Of a stretch of 64,000 nt of DNA, positions 1 through 10,605 are shown piece by piece; position 1 is the first letter of the stretch, and every line of letters begins with the position of its first letter. The notes below the pieces were generated by a model that saw nothing but the letters and a program-made list of their open reading frames with translations, was not told the origin of the DNA and searched no databases. The translations under genes were made by a program, and so were the position numbers. This DNA comes from a virus (taxonomy: Duplodnaviria; Caudoviricetes). The stretch lies in IMG/VR virus record IMGVR_UViG_3300043010_000145; one strand, written 5' to 3'.

Positions 1-134
1 TACCTAAACACTATACCATCTAAAATTTTTTAAGTGTAACAATTTTTATATAAAAGTAAATTTTGTATAACATTGGACAATTTAAAAAATACAAAAGTTG
101 TATAAAGTTTGAGAAAGGACAGGTATTTTATAGT

Positions 135-3100
135 ATGAAAGAAAATAGAAAATTTTGGGGTGTTCTATTTTTACTGTTTGCTTCTTTATCACTATTTGCT
201 GTTACAAACAGTCCACCACAAGTAACAGTATCTGCGGATGAAGAAAGAGTTTGGGTTAAACCTGGGAAGAATGTAAAATCAGCAGTACCATCCGAGGCAA
301 CATCTGTTGTATTTACAAACACGATTCTACCACCAGACGGAACATCCTACACCGACCTATCAAATGATTCAGATGGTCTTGTTCGTGGCTGGCTATCTGG
401 AACAACTTATTACATTTCTTCTATGAAAGAAGGTGCAACAATCTGGCTGAACGGAGATAGTTCCTACATGTTCAATGAAAAAACAAATCTAGTTAGTGTA
501 GATTTTGGCCCAACAAATTTCTGGGATGTAAACACATTGAATTCTATGTTCTCTGGTTGTACAGCTCTTCAAACAGTTAATTGGGGTACTGACTGGCATA
601 ATATGGATAATGTTACCGACATTATGTATTTATTCAACAACTGTTATGCATTGACCGATACAGGAGATATTGGCTGCTGGAATACTTCCAAGGTTGTTAA
701 TATGAGCCAAGTATTCTATAAATGCTATGCCGTAAAGCGATTAGATGTTAATGGCTGGGATTTATCCTCTTGTGGTGAAACAGAGCAGATGTTCTATCAC
801 ACAGAAAGTTTAGAAGGCTGCTTGAATTTATCTTACTGGAATATGACTTCTGTAAAGAATGTCAACGGTATGTTCGAGGGTTGTGGTGCAGATTCCTTGA
901 ATCTATATGGTTGGAGTTTAGATTCACTTTCTAGAGATAAGAAAGTTTTAATAGGCTCTGATAAAGTAGGGCTTGAAAAAGTAGTTTATGACTGCCCGAA
1001 TTTAAAACGAATTTATGTGCAAGAAGGGTTTGCCTTACCAACTTCATATGCTTCCGAAACAGATTCAAAATCGAATACATTTAAGAATTGCCCTTTGTTG
1101 TACAGCGATTCATTAAGTGCAGGCTGCGGTACATCAGGCAATTATGCTTTCTGTATTGATGGTGGTTGGTTAACAGCAATTAGCAATCCTTATGTAACAA
1201 TTACTGCGTCAGCAATCAATGGTACAGTTGCAACACCTTCCATAACCCTACCTATTGGCGATAAAGTATATATGGCATTCACACCAGATAAATCGAATTA
1301 TCCAGTAAAACAGCTGCTTGTGAATGATGTGAATACCGTTAGCACGAATGGGAATGCTGGGCATACATTATCTTTGGTAGAAACAGACACCACTGTTTCG
1401 GTAGAATTTGGATTAGACCAAACAATTACTACTTCCATAGATAACGGTGGCACCATTACACCTACAACCGATGTAACGTATGCTACAACATTTGATGTAA
1501 CATGGTCAGCAGCAAACGGGTATTATGTTTCCAAGGTGATTGTGGATGGTGTAGAGCAGGCAAGTTTGATTGATGCTAACAAAACAACTTTCACAAATGT
1601 AACTGCTTATCATACAATTTCTGTAGAAACAGAAAAATACAGCTCTGTTGTAACATCTATTGATAATGGTGGTACAATTACGGCTTCTTCCAATGTAGTA
1701 AAGCAAGGAGAATCATATTCTGTAACTTATAAGCCTGCAAGTGGGTATTATGTTTCTGATGTCATAGTAAATAACACATCAAATTCTTCATTAAAAACGA
1801 ATGACACATATACTTTTACAAATGTAACAACAAACCAGTTGTTTACGGTTAAAACAAAAAAATATGTATCTATTACAACTTCTATTACATCCGGTGCTGG
1901 TACAATTACGGCTTCCAAATCTAATTTGCAGCAAGATTCTACAACTAAGATAGAGTACAAAGCAAATTCAGGGTATTATATTGATTCTATTAAAGTAAAT
2001 GGCAGTGAAGTGAGCACGAGCACCTATGCTACTGCTTATACGGTAACAAATCCAACGGAAGATACAACAATTGAAGTTACTTGCAAGAAATATGTAACTG
2101 TTACTGTAAACATTACGAATGGTACAGGTACAGCAACTACACAAGCAAAGCAGAATACAACTTTACCAATTACATATAAGCCGAACGATGGTTATTATAT
2201 AGATTCTTTTAAGGTCGATAATGTATCTGTGCCTGATGCACTAGATTCCACAGAATATGCTTTATTCGTAGGAACATCAGATATTACCGTAGATATTGTT
2301 TTCGCTAAATACATATCTGTAACAACAGCTATCACAAATGGGCAAATTACACCAACAAGTAATGAAATTAAATATGGTGAGCACTTTGCAGTTATTTTTG
2401 AGGCTGATGAGGGTTATTATATTGCAGAAATTCGTATCGGAAAAAGTGGCTATGCAGACCCAGATGAACATGAATACGGTTATTATTTTTCTAATCTAAC
2501 CGATGATACATCTATTACGGTAACTTGTCTACCTTATTTAGAAATTACAACATCTTCTTCAAGCAACGGTACTATTTCAGAATCTATTACAGGCATTAAA
2601 GCAGGGGAATCTAAGAAGATTTCTTATGCAGCAAATGATGGGTACTATTTGAGTTCCTTACTAATAGACGGTGCCGAAGTAGATAAAACGGATTATCCAA
2701 ATGATTATACTTTTGCCAATATGACTGAAAGTCATACAATTGAAGCAGTATTTAGTTCATACAGCGGTATTCGTACATCTGTTTCTCACGGTACAATTAC
2801 ACCAACAAATGAATCCATAGCGAACGGTACTGATTTTACCGTAGAATATGCACCAGAAAGTGCAGATTATTATTTATATGAAGTTCTTGTTGATGGAAAA
2901 TCTGTTTCTACAACAACCTATGATTCTTCATATACTTTCACGAATATTACTTCTGCACATACGATTTCTGTTGTTTATAAGAAATACATTACAATCACTG
3001 TCAATGCACCTGATACAGTACAGGCTACATCTTCGTTTGTAAAAGTTGTACAAGACCAATCATATACAATTACTTATGCAGCCAAAGATGGTTATTACAT

Positions 3101-6100
3101 AGAATCTGTAACAAACAACGGAACAAGTGTTGACCTGACAAAATATCCTAGCAGTATTGTGATTTCCAATCCAACTTCTGACAATACAGTTACAATTACA
3201 GCCAATGAGTACTATTCTGTAACCACATCAAAAACTGGCAGTGGTACGATTACAGGTTCCAGTACGAAAATCAAGAAAGGTGAATCTTACAAAGTAGATT
3301 ACAAACAGGCAGCTGGGTATTATTTAGCACAAGTACTTGTGAATGGAAATAAAGTAGACAGAACAGCATATGCAAGCTCCTATACTTTCAGTAATATATC
3401 GGAAAACAACACAATTGATGTTACATTTAATAAATTGCATATATTGACGGTCAAGGCTGACTCCAATAATGCTGCATCTATTGCTTGGTCAAATACTTCC
3501 GTAGAAGATAATGAATCTTCCACATTAACTGTTTTGAATACAGAACAAGATTCTTATTATATTACAGATATACAGTTGAACGGTACAAGCTTAGGTGCAG
3601 ACGCAATCGAATCTTCCAATACAACAGGGTATACTTATAATTTAACAGACATTTTGCAAGATTATACTGCAACTGTAACAACAAAAGCATATGCTTCTTA
3701 TTCTTTGCAAGGAACAGGCACAGAGCATGTTACAGTTAATACAAATGATGTTGATTTGAATAAAGTAAAAGAGGGGGAATCCGTTGAGGTTACATATACA
3801 CCAGATGAAGGGTATCGGATTGTTGAATTTTATGTCAATGATACAGATTTGTCCAATGAAATTTTAGATGATGGTTTATCCCTTAAGCACACATTTACTG
3901 GCGGAGAAGATGCAAATGTGAAATTGATTGTAAAGCGATATTATAATCTAACGTATAGTATTACCAATGGTTCGTTTACAAATAGCCCAGCCTATATTTT
4001 AGAGGGTGATACAGTTACAGTAAAATACAACGGTGCATCTAACACTTATCTTGAATCTTTTGCAGTCAATGGTTCTAGTGTTAGCCTGAATACTTCCTCA
4101 CTTGATAATTCTTATGTGTTGAAGAATATTAGCAAAGATACAGCATTAACTATTAGCTTTGAAACATATAAGTCTGTAACTACGTCTAAAACTGGGAATG
4201 GTACTATTACTGCTGCTACTTCTATCTTGAAAAAAGGAGAATCTTATACGGTAACTTATCAGGCTGACAGCGGGTATTATTTGTCAAAGGTATTAGTAAA
4301 TGGCAGCGAGGTAAGTAGAAGTACATATTCCACATCTTATACTTTCAGTAATGTAACCAAAGATAATACTATTGCCGTTACATTTAATAAATTGCATAAT
4401 CTTACATATGTGCAAGATGCAAACAATATTGCCCTTATAAAATGGAGCAATACTTCCGTAGAAGATAATGGTACATCCACTTTAACTGTAAAAAATACAA
4501 ATTCATCAGATTATTATATTACAGACATATTGCTGAATGGTACAAGTATTGGTGAAGAAGCTGTAACTCTGTCAAATACGACAGGGTATTCTTCAACATT
4601 AAATAATATTATGCAGGATTATGAAGTAAAAGTTGTATCAGAATCATATTCTTCCTTCACATTAACAGGCGAGGGCTTAGACCATCTAAATGCCGAAAGT
4701 GAATGCCAAGATTTAACCAAATTAAAGGCTGGTGAACAAGCCGATGTTGTTTTTACACCAGAAGAAGGTTATCGTATTCTTGGATTTTATGTAAATGAGG
4801 AAGATTTATCGGACGAAATATTAGAAGACGGTTTATATCTAAAACATACTTTCACAGGTGGTGAGGAAACAAACATTAAATTGATTGTAAAAAGATATTA
4901 TAATTTAACTTATAAAATCACGAATGGAATGTATACCGCACAGCCTCAATATATTATAGAGGGTGATGCAGTTAAGGTTGCTTATACTGCGAATAAGAAT
5001 ACGTATTTGAAATCTATAACATTGAATGATGAAAGTATTTCATCAGGTTTAGAATCCTTCACAAGTGAGTACACTTTGAGCAATATTACAAAAGATACTC
5101 TTGTTACAGTTACTTTCGAGCCTTATAAGTCTATAACTACAACTAAAGTAGGAAATGGCACAATAACAGAATCAAATACAAAACTGAAAGATAATTCCAC
5201 CTATGATGTTTCTTATCAGGCAGATACAGGGTATTATGTGTCATCTATTCTTGTAGATAACAAGGAAGTTTCCATTGAAGATTACCCAGCATCTTATTCT
5301 TTCAAGAATATAACAGCAAATCATACTATACAAGTTACGTTCGAGAAATATCTGTCTGTAAATGTTACTGCAACAAATGCAGTCGTAACCAGTTCTTCTG
5401 CTACCATAAAGAAAGGTTCTGATTACAAAGTAGAATACAAAGCAGATGAAGGATATTATATAGAATCTGTTTCTGTAGATAATAAGCAAGTGAATTTGTC
5501 AAAGTATGCTTCTTCTTATACTTTTGCAGCAATAACTGAAAATCATACCCTAGAAGTGGTAACTAATAAATATCTTACCATTAGTACAAGTGCAACAAAT
5601 GGAACAATTGATGCAACATTAACAAATTTGAAACAAGGTGTTGCCCAAACTGTGAATTATGCACCAGATACAGGCTATTATATTTCGAAACTTGTTGTTG
5701 ACGGTGTAACCGTTTCGGAAAGTTCAAACCCTAGCTCTTATACATTTGCGGCAGATACCATGACACAGAATCATACTATTGCTGTTACTTTTGAGAAATT
5801 TTCAGGTATAAAAACATCTGTTCAGCATGGTACAATAACAGAATCTTTATCATCTGTTAAAACAGGCGAAAATATAACGATTGAATATAAACCTGAAAGT
5901 GGTAGTTATTACCTTTATTCCGTGAATGTAGACAATAAATCAGTTGATATTGATACGTGTGCAAGTTCTTATACTTTCACAAATGTAACATCTGCACATA
6001 CAATTGAAGTTGTCTACAAAGCATATGTAACTTTGGATTTATCTGCGGATTCAACTATAAACGGTGGAACAGTTACTTATCCAACAGGTAATTTAAAACA

Positions 6101-7814
6101 AGATGAAAAACAAACTGTTAGCTATAGAGCAGATGAAGGGTATTATGTACATGCAATTGTTGTGGACGGGAAATCTTTAAGTCCAGATGATTACCCAGAA
6201 TCTTATACCTTTGACGATATGACACAAAGTCATACCTTCAATGTTGATTTTAGGAAGTATTTGACCGTAGAAACAAATATGCAGTACGGTACAATTACGC
6301 CAACAAATACAAAAGTAAAGCAAGAACAAGATTATACCGTAGAATGGACTATTGATACAAATTCGTATGTTGCAGCTGTTTATATTGATGATTCTTTGTA
6401 TCAATCCTTTGTTCCTTACAATACAACAAAAGCTAAATCAATTATTGCTAACGCAGCTGATGATTCTAATGAGACAGGTTCGTATACTTTTAGCAATATT
6501 ACTGAATCTCATACCATTACCGTTGTAGACTATAATTATTTAGATATTGATATTAGTGCAGGTAATTGTACAATACTTACAGCAGCACCGTATTATAACG
6601 GGCAAGATATTGATATTCAGATAGATTTATCGGATGATGAATACCTTACTAAAGTTCTTGTGAATGGGAAAGAAGTAACAGTTGATGAGAATGGCATACT
6701 TCATTTAACAAATGTAACTGACAATGTTTCCGTGGAAGTTGTAACAAGTAAATATTTGCTTATAGATGGTAAAAAGTTTAAAGAGGGTGATTCCTATACC
6801 TATACGTATCCTCAAAAAGAGGGAAATTATGTAAGTGAAGTACTTGTTGACGGTAACTCAATAGATTTGAATAAATACCCTACCAGCTATACATTTGAGA
6901 GCATTACGGAATCACATACTATTGAAGTAAATTATCATAAGTATGAAACCATTCAATTTGCACAACCTAATAACGGTACAATTACAGCTGATAAAGATTT
7001 AGATTCTTTGCATATAGGTGATGACGTGATTCTAACATTTACAGCAGACAAAGGGTATTATTTGAGTAAGCTGCTTATTGACGGCGAAGAAGTAGACATT
7101 ACACCAACGTATACTTTCAAGAATTTGCAAGAGAGCCATACCGTAGAACCTGTGTTTAGTGCTTATATGGGCATTCATACCGAAGTTGTAAATGGTAAAA
7201 TTACAGAATCTATACCCGAAATTGAATTGAATACAGATGTGGTTATTCAATATCAGGCAGATGATGGTTATTATTTAGATACTGTTTCTATTGATGGTGT
7301 TGTTGTGTATTCTCATATTCCGCAAGATATTCCAGCAGCAATTGATGATATTGATACATTAGAATTAAAGCAAGAAGATTATACATCCGAATATATATTT
7401 AAAGATGTAACTGAATCACACGAGATACTTGTAGTTTATAAACCATATATTTCATTAACTGTTCTTTCTGAAAATGGCACTGTAACATCCCAACCGAAAG
7501 AGTTAAAAGTTGGTGATACTGCTACATTCCAGATTCAAATGAATGAAGGGTATTTGCTTGACCATGTAGCGTCTGACTTTGAAATTGGTGAAATTGTAAC
7601 TTACATGGGTAATACCGTAACGATTGAAAATGTGCAAAAAGACCATATACTTCAAGTTATAGCAACAATACCTTTGGAAGAAGTTTCTGCCCCAAATCTT
7701 CCTGATGCAGTTATAACGGTTGTTACGAAAGTTGCAACCAGTGTTTATACTAGAAATCTTCTGCCAATTATGCTCCTAGCTTTGGCTGGTATGTTTATAC
7801 GTAAACGTATCTAA
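135..7814 (+). CDS. Giant cell-surface protein: signal peptide, BspA/DUF285-like leucine-rich repeats, many ~75-aa beta-sandwich repeats, C-terminal membrane anchor
   Basis: ORF track starts at 63; ATG 135 gives an MKENRKFWGVLFLLF signal peptide. Repeats such as 'WNTSKVVNMSQVFYKC' and 'WNMTSVKNVNGMFEGC' are present. Recurring 'GYY..V.VDG...YTF.N.T..HTI.V' units follow. The protein ends in a hydrophobic stretch plus RKRI. Confidence 0.85.
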   Translation: MKENRKFWGVLFLLFASLSLFAVTNSPPQVTVSADEERVWVKPGKNVKSAVPSEATSVVFTNTILPPDGTSYTDLSNDSDGLVRGWLSGTTYYISSMKEGATIWLNGDSSYMFNEKTNLVSVDFGPTNFWDVNTLNSMFSGCTALQTVNWGTDWHNMDNVTDIMYLFNNCYALTDTGDIGCWNTSKVVNMSQVFYKCYAVKRLDVNGWDLSSCGETEQMFYHTESLEGCLNLSYWNMTSVKNVNGMFEGCGADSLNLYGWSLDSLSRDKKVLIGSDKVGLEKVVYDCPNLKRIYVQEGFALPTSYASETDSKSNTFKNCPLLYSDSLSAGCGTSGNYAFCIDGGWLTAISNPYVTITASAINGTVATPSITLPIGDKVYMAFTPDKSNYPVKQLLVNDVNTVSTNGNAGHTLSLVETDTTVSVEFGLDQTITTSIDNGGTITPTTDVTYATTFDVTWSAANGYYVSKVIVDGVEQASLIDANKTTFTNVTAYHTISVETEKYSSVVTSIDNGGTITASSNVVKQGESYSVTYKPASGYYVSDVIVNNTSNSSLKTNDTYTFTNVTTNQLFTVKTKKYVSITTSITSGAGTITASKSNLQQDSTTKIEYKANSGYYIDSIKVNGSEVSTSTYATAYTVTNPTEDTTIEVTCKKYVTVTVNITNGTGTATTQAKQNTTLPITYKPNDGYYIDSFKVDNVSVPDALDSTEYALFVGTSDITVDIVFAKYISVTTAITNGQITPTSNEIKYGEHFAVIFEADEGYYIAEIRIGKSGYADPDEHEYGYYFSNLTDDTSITVTCLPYLEITTSSSSNGTISESITGIKAGESKKISYAANDGYYLSSLLIDGAEVDKTDYPNDYTFANMTESHTIEAVFSSYSGIRTSVSHGTITPTNESIANGTDFTVEYAPESADYYLYEVLVDGKSVSTTTYDSSYTFTNITSAHTISVVYKKYITITVNAPDTVQATSSFVKVVQDQSYTITYAAKDGYYIESVTNNGTSVDLTKYPSSIVISNPTSDNTVTITANEYYSVTTSKTGSGTITGSSTKIKKGESYKVDYKQAAGYYLAQVLVNGNKVDRTAYASSYTFSNISENNTIDVTFNKLHILTVKADSNNAASIAWSNTSVEDNESSTLTVLNTEQDSYYITDIQLNGTSLGADAIESSNTTGYTYNLTDILQDYTATVTTKAYASYSLQGTGTEHVTVNTNDVDLNKVKEGESVEVTYTPDEGYRIVEFYVNDTDLSNEILDDGLSLKHTFTGGEDANVKLIVKRYYNLTYSITNGSFTNSPAYILEGDTVTVKYNGASNTYLESFAVNGSSVSLNTSSLDNSYVLKNISKDTALTISFETYKSVTTSKTGNGTITAATSILKKGESYTVTYQADSGYYLSKVLVNGSEVSRSTYSTSYTFSNVTKDNTIAVTFNKLHNLTYVQDANNIALIKWSNTSVEDNGTSTLTVKNTNSSDYYITDILLNGTSIGEEAVTLSNTTGYSSTLNNIMQDYEVKVVSESYSSFTLTGEGLDHLNAESECQDLTKLKAGEQADVVFTPEEGYRILGFYVNEEDLSDEILEDGLYLKHTFTGGEETNIKLIVKRYYNLTYKITNGMYTAQPQYIIEGDAVKVAYTANKNTYLKSITLNDESISSGLESFTSEYTLSNITKDTLVTVTFEPYKSITTTKVGNGTITESNTKLKDNSTYDVSYQADTGYYVSSILVDNKEVSIEDYPASYSFKNITANHTIQVTFEKYLSVNVTATNAVVTSSSATIKKGSDYKVEYKADEGYYIESVSVDNKQVNLSKYASSYTFAAITENHTLEVVTNKYLTISTSATNGTIDATLTNLKQGVAQTVNYAPDTGYYISKLVVDGVTVSESSNPSSYTFAADTMTQNHTIAVTFEKFSGIKTSVQHGTITESLSSVKTGENITIEYKPESGSYYLYSVNVDNKSVDIDTCASSYTFTNVTSAHTIEVVYKAYVTLDLSADSTINGGTVTYPTGNLKQDEKQTVSYRADEGYYVHAIVVDGKSLSPDDYPESYTFDDMTQSHTFNVDFRKYLTVETNMQYGTITPTNTKVKQEQDYTVEWTIDTNSYVAAVYIDDSLYQSFVPYNTTKAKSIIANAADDSNETGSYTFSNITESHTITVVDYNYLDIDISAGNCTILTAAPYYNGQDIDIQIDLSDDEYLTKVLVNGKEVTVDENGILHLTNVTDNVSVEVVTSKYLLIDGKKFKEGDSYTYTYPQKEGNYVSEVLVDGNSIDLNKYPTSYTFESITESHTIEVNYHKYETIQFAQPNNGTITADKDLDSLHIGDDVILTFTADKGYYLSKLLIDGEEVDITPTYTFKNLQESHTVEPVFSAYMGIHTEVVNGKITESIPEIELNTDVVIQYQADDGYYLDTVSIDGVVVYSHIPQDIPAAIDDIDTLELKQEDYTSEYIFKDVTESHEILVVYKPYISLTVLSENGTVTSQPKELKVGDTATFQIQMNEGYLLDHVASDFEIGEIVTYMGNTVTIENVQKDHILQVIATIPLEEVSAPNLPDAVITVVTKVATSVYTRNLLPIMLLALAGMFIRKRI
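3213..5126 (+). repeat. Internal ~957-bp (~319-aa) tandem duplication within the surface protein
   Basis: 'SVTTSKTG.GTIT...WSNTSVEDN...LKHTFTGGE...KLIVKRYYNLTY' occurs twice, starting near 3213 and 4170. Confidence 0.8.
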
Positions 7815-7820
7815 TTGTGA

Positions 7821-7856
7821 AAAAGCACCAATCTTAGATTGGTGCTTTTGTTTTTT
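7821..7856 (+). terminator. Intrinsic terminator
   Basis: AAAAGCACCAATC-tta-GATTGGTGCTTTT followed by a T-tract, just after the stop at 7814. Confidence 0.85.
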
Positions 7857-8198
7857 ATCTATCTTTCCTATTTTATTTCTTTTGTCTATTCCTGCCTGTT
7901 TAAGCAGATATATTTATTATTTGAGTATTCTAATTTTCATCTACAATTTTCATCACTATCTATATATTTTCTATTCTACATTCTAACCAGCTCCTTTTGT
8001 AATCTAATTTGCAATATACAGTTCTTACTATTATCTATTTTATTCTTTTGTCTACATTGTTCTCACCTCTTTTCTATCCTTATCTATCTGTCTTTATTGT
8101 AAACCCGACACCTACACAAACCGTGTCATAATAAAGAAAATTTCTGATTTTTTTCTAATTTTTCTCTTTTTCTTCACCAAAACAAAAAAGAGCAGCTT

Positions 8199-8552
8199 TT
8201 AGCTGCTCTTTTCAATAATCTCTAACAACTCCGCATTATTACAACAAGCATATTGCCCAAGCACAAACTCAATTAAAGCCTTATCTGACTGCACAAATCT
8301 TGGCAATTGATAATATTTCGCCAGCGGAATATTTGCCGAACCATAGGCTAGAAATCGCTTATACACGACTTGAATTGTTGGTCCATAGTCTGCCATGACA
8401 ATTCTTTCTCGAAAGCAAGGCTTTCCTCTGTTTGCTGTATATGTTTCATTGATTAAATACAACAATCGCAGTAATTTCAGTAAATCTATATGTAGCAGCC
8501 TGAAATTACAATATTCAATAATATATTGACAAAGCTCAAATACAGGGTACAT
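8199..8552 (-). CDS. Panacea/SocA (DUF4065, GepA-like) antitoxin-domain protein, C-terminally short
   Basis: 'LLKLLRLLYL...F.ERI..ADYGPTIQVVYKRF..YG...I' matches the KLQKLLY / GPV..VY pattern. The usual TH...PW end is missing. Confidence 0.7.
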   Translation of the reverse strand: MYPVFELCQYIIEYCNFRLLHIDLLKLLRLLYLINETYTANRGKPCFRERIVMADYGPTIQVVYKRFLAYGSANIPLAKYYQLPRFVQSDKALIEFVLGQYACCNNAELLEIIEKSS

Positions 8553-8586
8553 TCCTCTTATTCTCCTTTACTTTTCTTCTATTATA

Positions 8587-8617
8587 CAAAAATACAAGCC
8601 CTCTTTCGAGGGCTTGT
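8587..8617 (-). terminator. Intrinsic terminator after 8621..9232
   Basis: ACAAGCCCTC-tttc-GAGGGCTTGT hairpin with a T-tract on the minus strand. Confidence 0.75.
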
Positions 8618-8620
8618 TTC

Positions 8621-9232
8621 TTATTTGTTCAAAATATATGTATAATCTCCATTCAGGAAATCTTCTACTTCCTCTTTTGTCATAAGTTTTGCAAGTTTAT
8701 TGATTGCCTTGATGTTTCCATGACAAGTTCGAACAGCTTGTTTGCCATCATATTCTTCTACATGTTCTTCCCAAGTTCTACCTTCATCCGCAGCACCTGT
8801 ATCCCAAGCCATATATTGCTCTGCATTCATAATATTATCGGTATTATTACTCCAATCCAAGAAGCAGTATTTAATTGTTGTACCTTTTACATCAACTAGC
8901 AATCGACCATCGTTGTTGTCTATGCCGAATAAGAGCTCATTTAAGGAGTAGTCATAGCCACCCTTTGCATATTCGTCAAAAATACTCCAGCTAGGATAAA
9001 TATCCCAAGTATTAAAATCTGTATTCATGTAATCTGCAATAAGTCTGCTATCGTATGCCTTATAGTCGAACACAAACGGGTATTCTATTCTGCTATTTAA
9101 GTATTCCAGCAAACCTCTTGTTCTACTAATCATACCTGTTCCATAGTTCCACTGGAAGTATTGTGCCACCATATTTTTGTATTTACCATCCGCACTTTCG
9201 TATCTTACATACATTTGACTTCTCTGTCCCAT
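8621..9232 (-). CDS. Hypothetical protein
   Basis: 203-aa ORF with an AGGAG RBS, its own promoter and a terminator. Confidence 0.8.
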   Translation of the reverse strand: MGQRSQMYVRYESADGKYKNMVAQYFQWNYGTGMISRTRGLLEYLNSRIEYPFVFDYKAYDSRLIADYMNTDFNTWDIYPSWSIFDEYAKGGYDYSLNELLFGIDNNDGRLLVDVKGTTIKYCFLDWSNNTDNIMNAEQYMAWDTGAADEGRTWEEHVEEYDGKQAVRTCHGNIKAINKLAKLMTKEEVEDFLNGDYTYILNK

Positions 9233-9312
9233 AATATTGTCTCCTTCTAGCTTTTCAGCTCTATTATTTATTTGTAAGTTTTGCTATTCTTTCTAGCTGC
9301 CTTACATCTATT

Positions 9313-9340
9313 ATTATACTTTTTCGCTTCCAAAAGTCAA
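9313..9340 (-). promoter_or_regulatory. Sigma-A-type promoter
   Basis: TTGACT-16 nt-TATAAT on the minus strand, upstream of 9232. Confidence 0.65.
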
Positions 9341-9489
9341 CAATATAATATACTATTTTTTATTTTCTATACACACAAAATGTAATAAACCTATTATTTT
9401 CTCACACCTTCCTATTGTTCCAAATTAGTATCGGTTGAAAATTTTTTATGGAAACAACTATATGCTATGAAAGGATGTGAAATCTTAAC

Positions 9490-10281
9490 ATGAGAAAAAC
9501 ATTTTATGCCTTAGGCATAATTGGGTGTTTGCTGGTTGGCACAGCTTCCGCAACAATCACTCCTCAAATAGATGCCTATGCATGGGGTGATGAAATTGGT
9601 GGAAGTAGTTCCAGCGGTTCTGATTCCAGTTCAAGCTCCAATTCCAGTTCAAGTTCAAGTAATTCTGGCTCTGCAATGACAGATGAAAGCAGTCAGACTA
9701 TGGCAGACTACCTTCAAAATTATCAGCCTGTAACCAGTGAAGATATGGAACAAGGTCAAGCTGTTGTAAAACCATTTGTCCGTTATGCTGGCACATTTAT
9801 TACAGCAGGCATTGTTATCTTAACAATCTGCTTATTCTTACTCACAGTATTAGATTTAGCATACATCATCGTACCACCACTCCGTAATGTTCTTTACAAA
9901 GGTGGACAAGGCGGTGGCAGTATGATGCCCGGCAGTATGATGCCAGGTAGAGGCATGGGTCCAAGCCGTTCAGGTGGCGGCGGGGGAACTCAATGGGTAT
10001 CCCAAGAAGCCATTCAAGCAGTTCAAGCCTCAGGCGGTGGTATGCAAGGGAATAATCTGATGCGAGGAAGTATGGGTCCAGGTAATTATGGTGGCGGTTC
10101 TGCACCAACTGGTTCTAATGCACTTGTTACCTATTTCAAGAGCCGAGTTGTAACAATGGTTGTATTTGGCGTTTGTTGTGTACTATTATTCACAAATATT
10201 TTCTTTAATGTAGGTACAGCAATCGCAGAATTTATTTACAACATTCTGGCGTTTATCATGCAGATGCTGAACAATGCTTAG
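9490..10281 (+). CDS. Signal-peptide membrane protein, pilin-like paralogue 1
   Basis: Signal peptide and Ser-rich linker, then TM-'DLAYIIVPPLR'-Gly/Met-rich loop-'WVSQEAIQAV'-'YFKSR'-TM. This module is shared with 11696 and 13314. Confidence 0.7.
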   Translation: MRKTFYALGIIGCLLVGTASATITPQIDAYAWGDEIGGSSSSGSDSSSSSNSSSSSSNSGSAMTDESSQTMADYLQNYQPVTSEDMEQGQAVVKPFVRYAGTFITAGIVILTICLFLLTVLDLAYIIVPPLRNVLYKGGQGGGSMMPGSMMPGRGMGPSRSGGGGGTQWVSQEAIQAVQASGGGMQGNNLMRGSMGPGNYGGGSAPTGSNALVTYFKSRVVTMVVFGVCCVLLFTNIFFNVGTAIAEFIYNILAFIMQMLNNA

Positions 10282-10294
10282 AAAGTAAGCAACT

Positions 10295-10582
10295 ATGTCA
10301 GTATTTGACCAATTTTCCGAGTTAATGAGTGAACGGTACGGCCCAAGCAGCAGGTCGGATAGCGAGGATGACCGTACACATGCTGCACTTGTTCGTGTTA
10401 TTGAGGAACAATGTCGGGAATATCTTGTTCGCAATGACGATGAGTTAGTTTTTGAAGTAACTGATAAAGTGAAACCGCAAATGTTATCTGTATTACAAGA
10501 TAAACGATTAACGAATATGTATGAATTTGAACAAGTGGGTATGTATCAATATAAAGCTCGGAAAAAATTATTTCAAATTTAA
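10295..10582 (+). CDS. Hypothetical protein
   Basis: 95-aa ORF tightly packed in the operon. Confidence 0.75.
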   Translation: MSVFDQFSELMSERYGPSSRSDSEDDRTHAALVRVIEEQCREYLVRNDDELVFEVTDKVKPQMLSVLQDKRLTNMYEFEQVGMYQYKARKKLFQI

Positions 10583-10605
10583 TATAGCAATCGAAGGAGA
10601 AAGTT

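Noticed and set aside
7839-8102. 87-aa hydrophobic ORF
   Set aside because: It starts inside a terminator, has no RBS and is a by-product of T-rich sequence.
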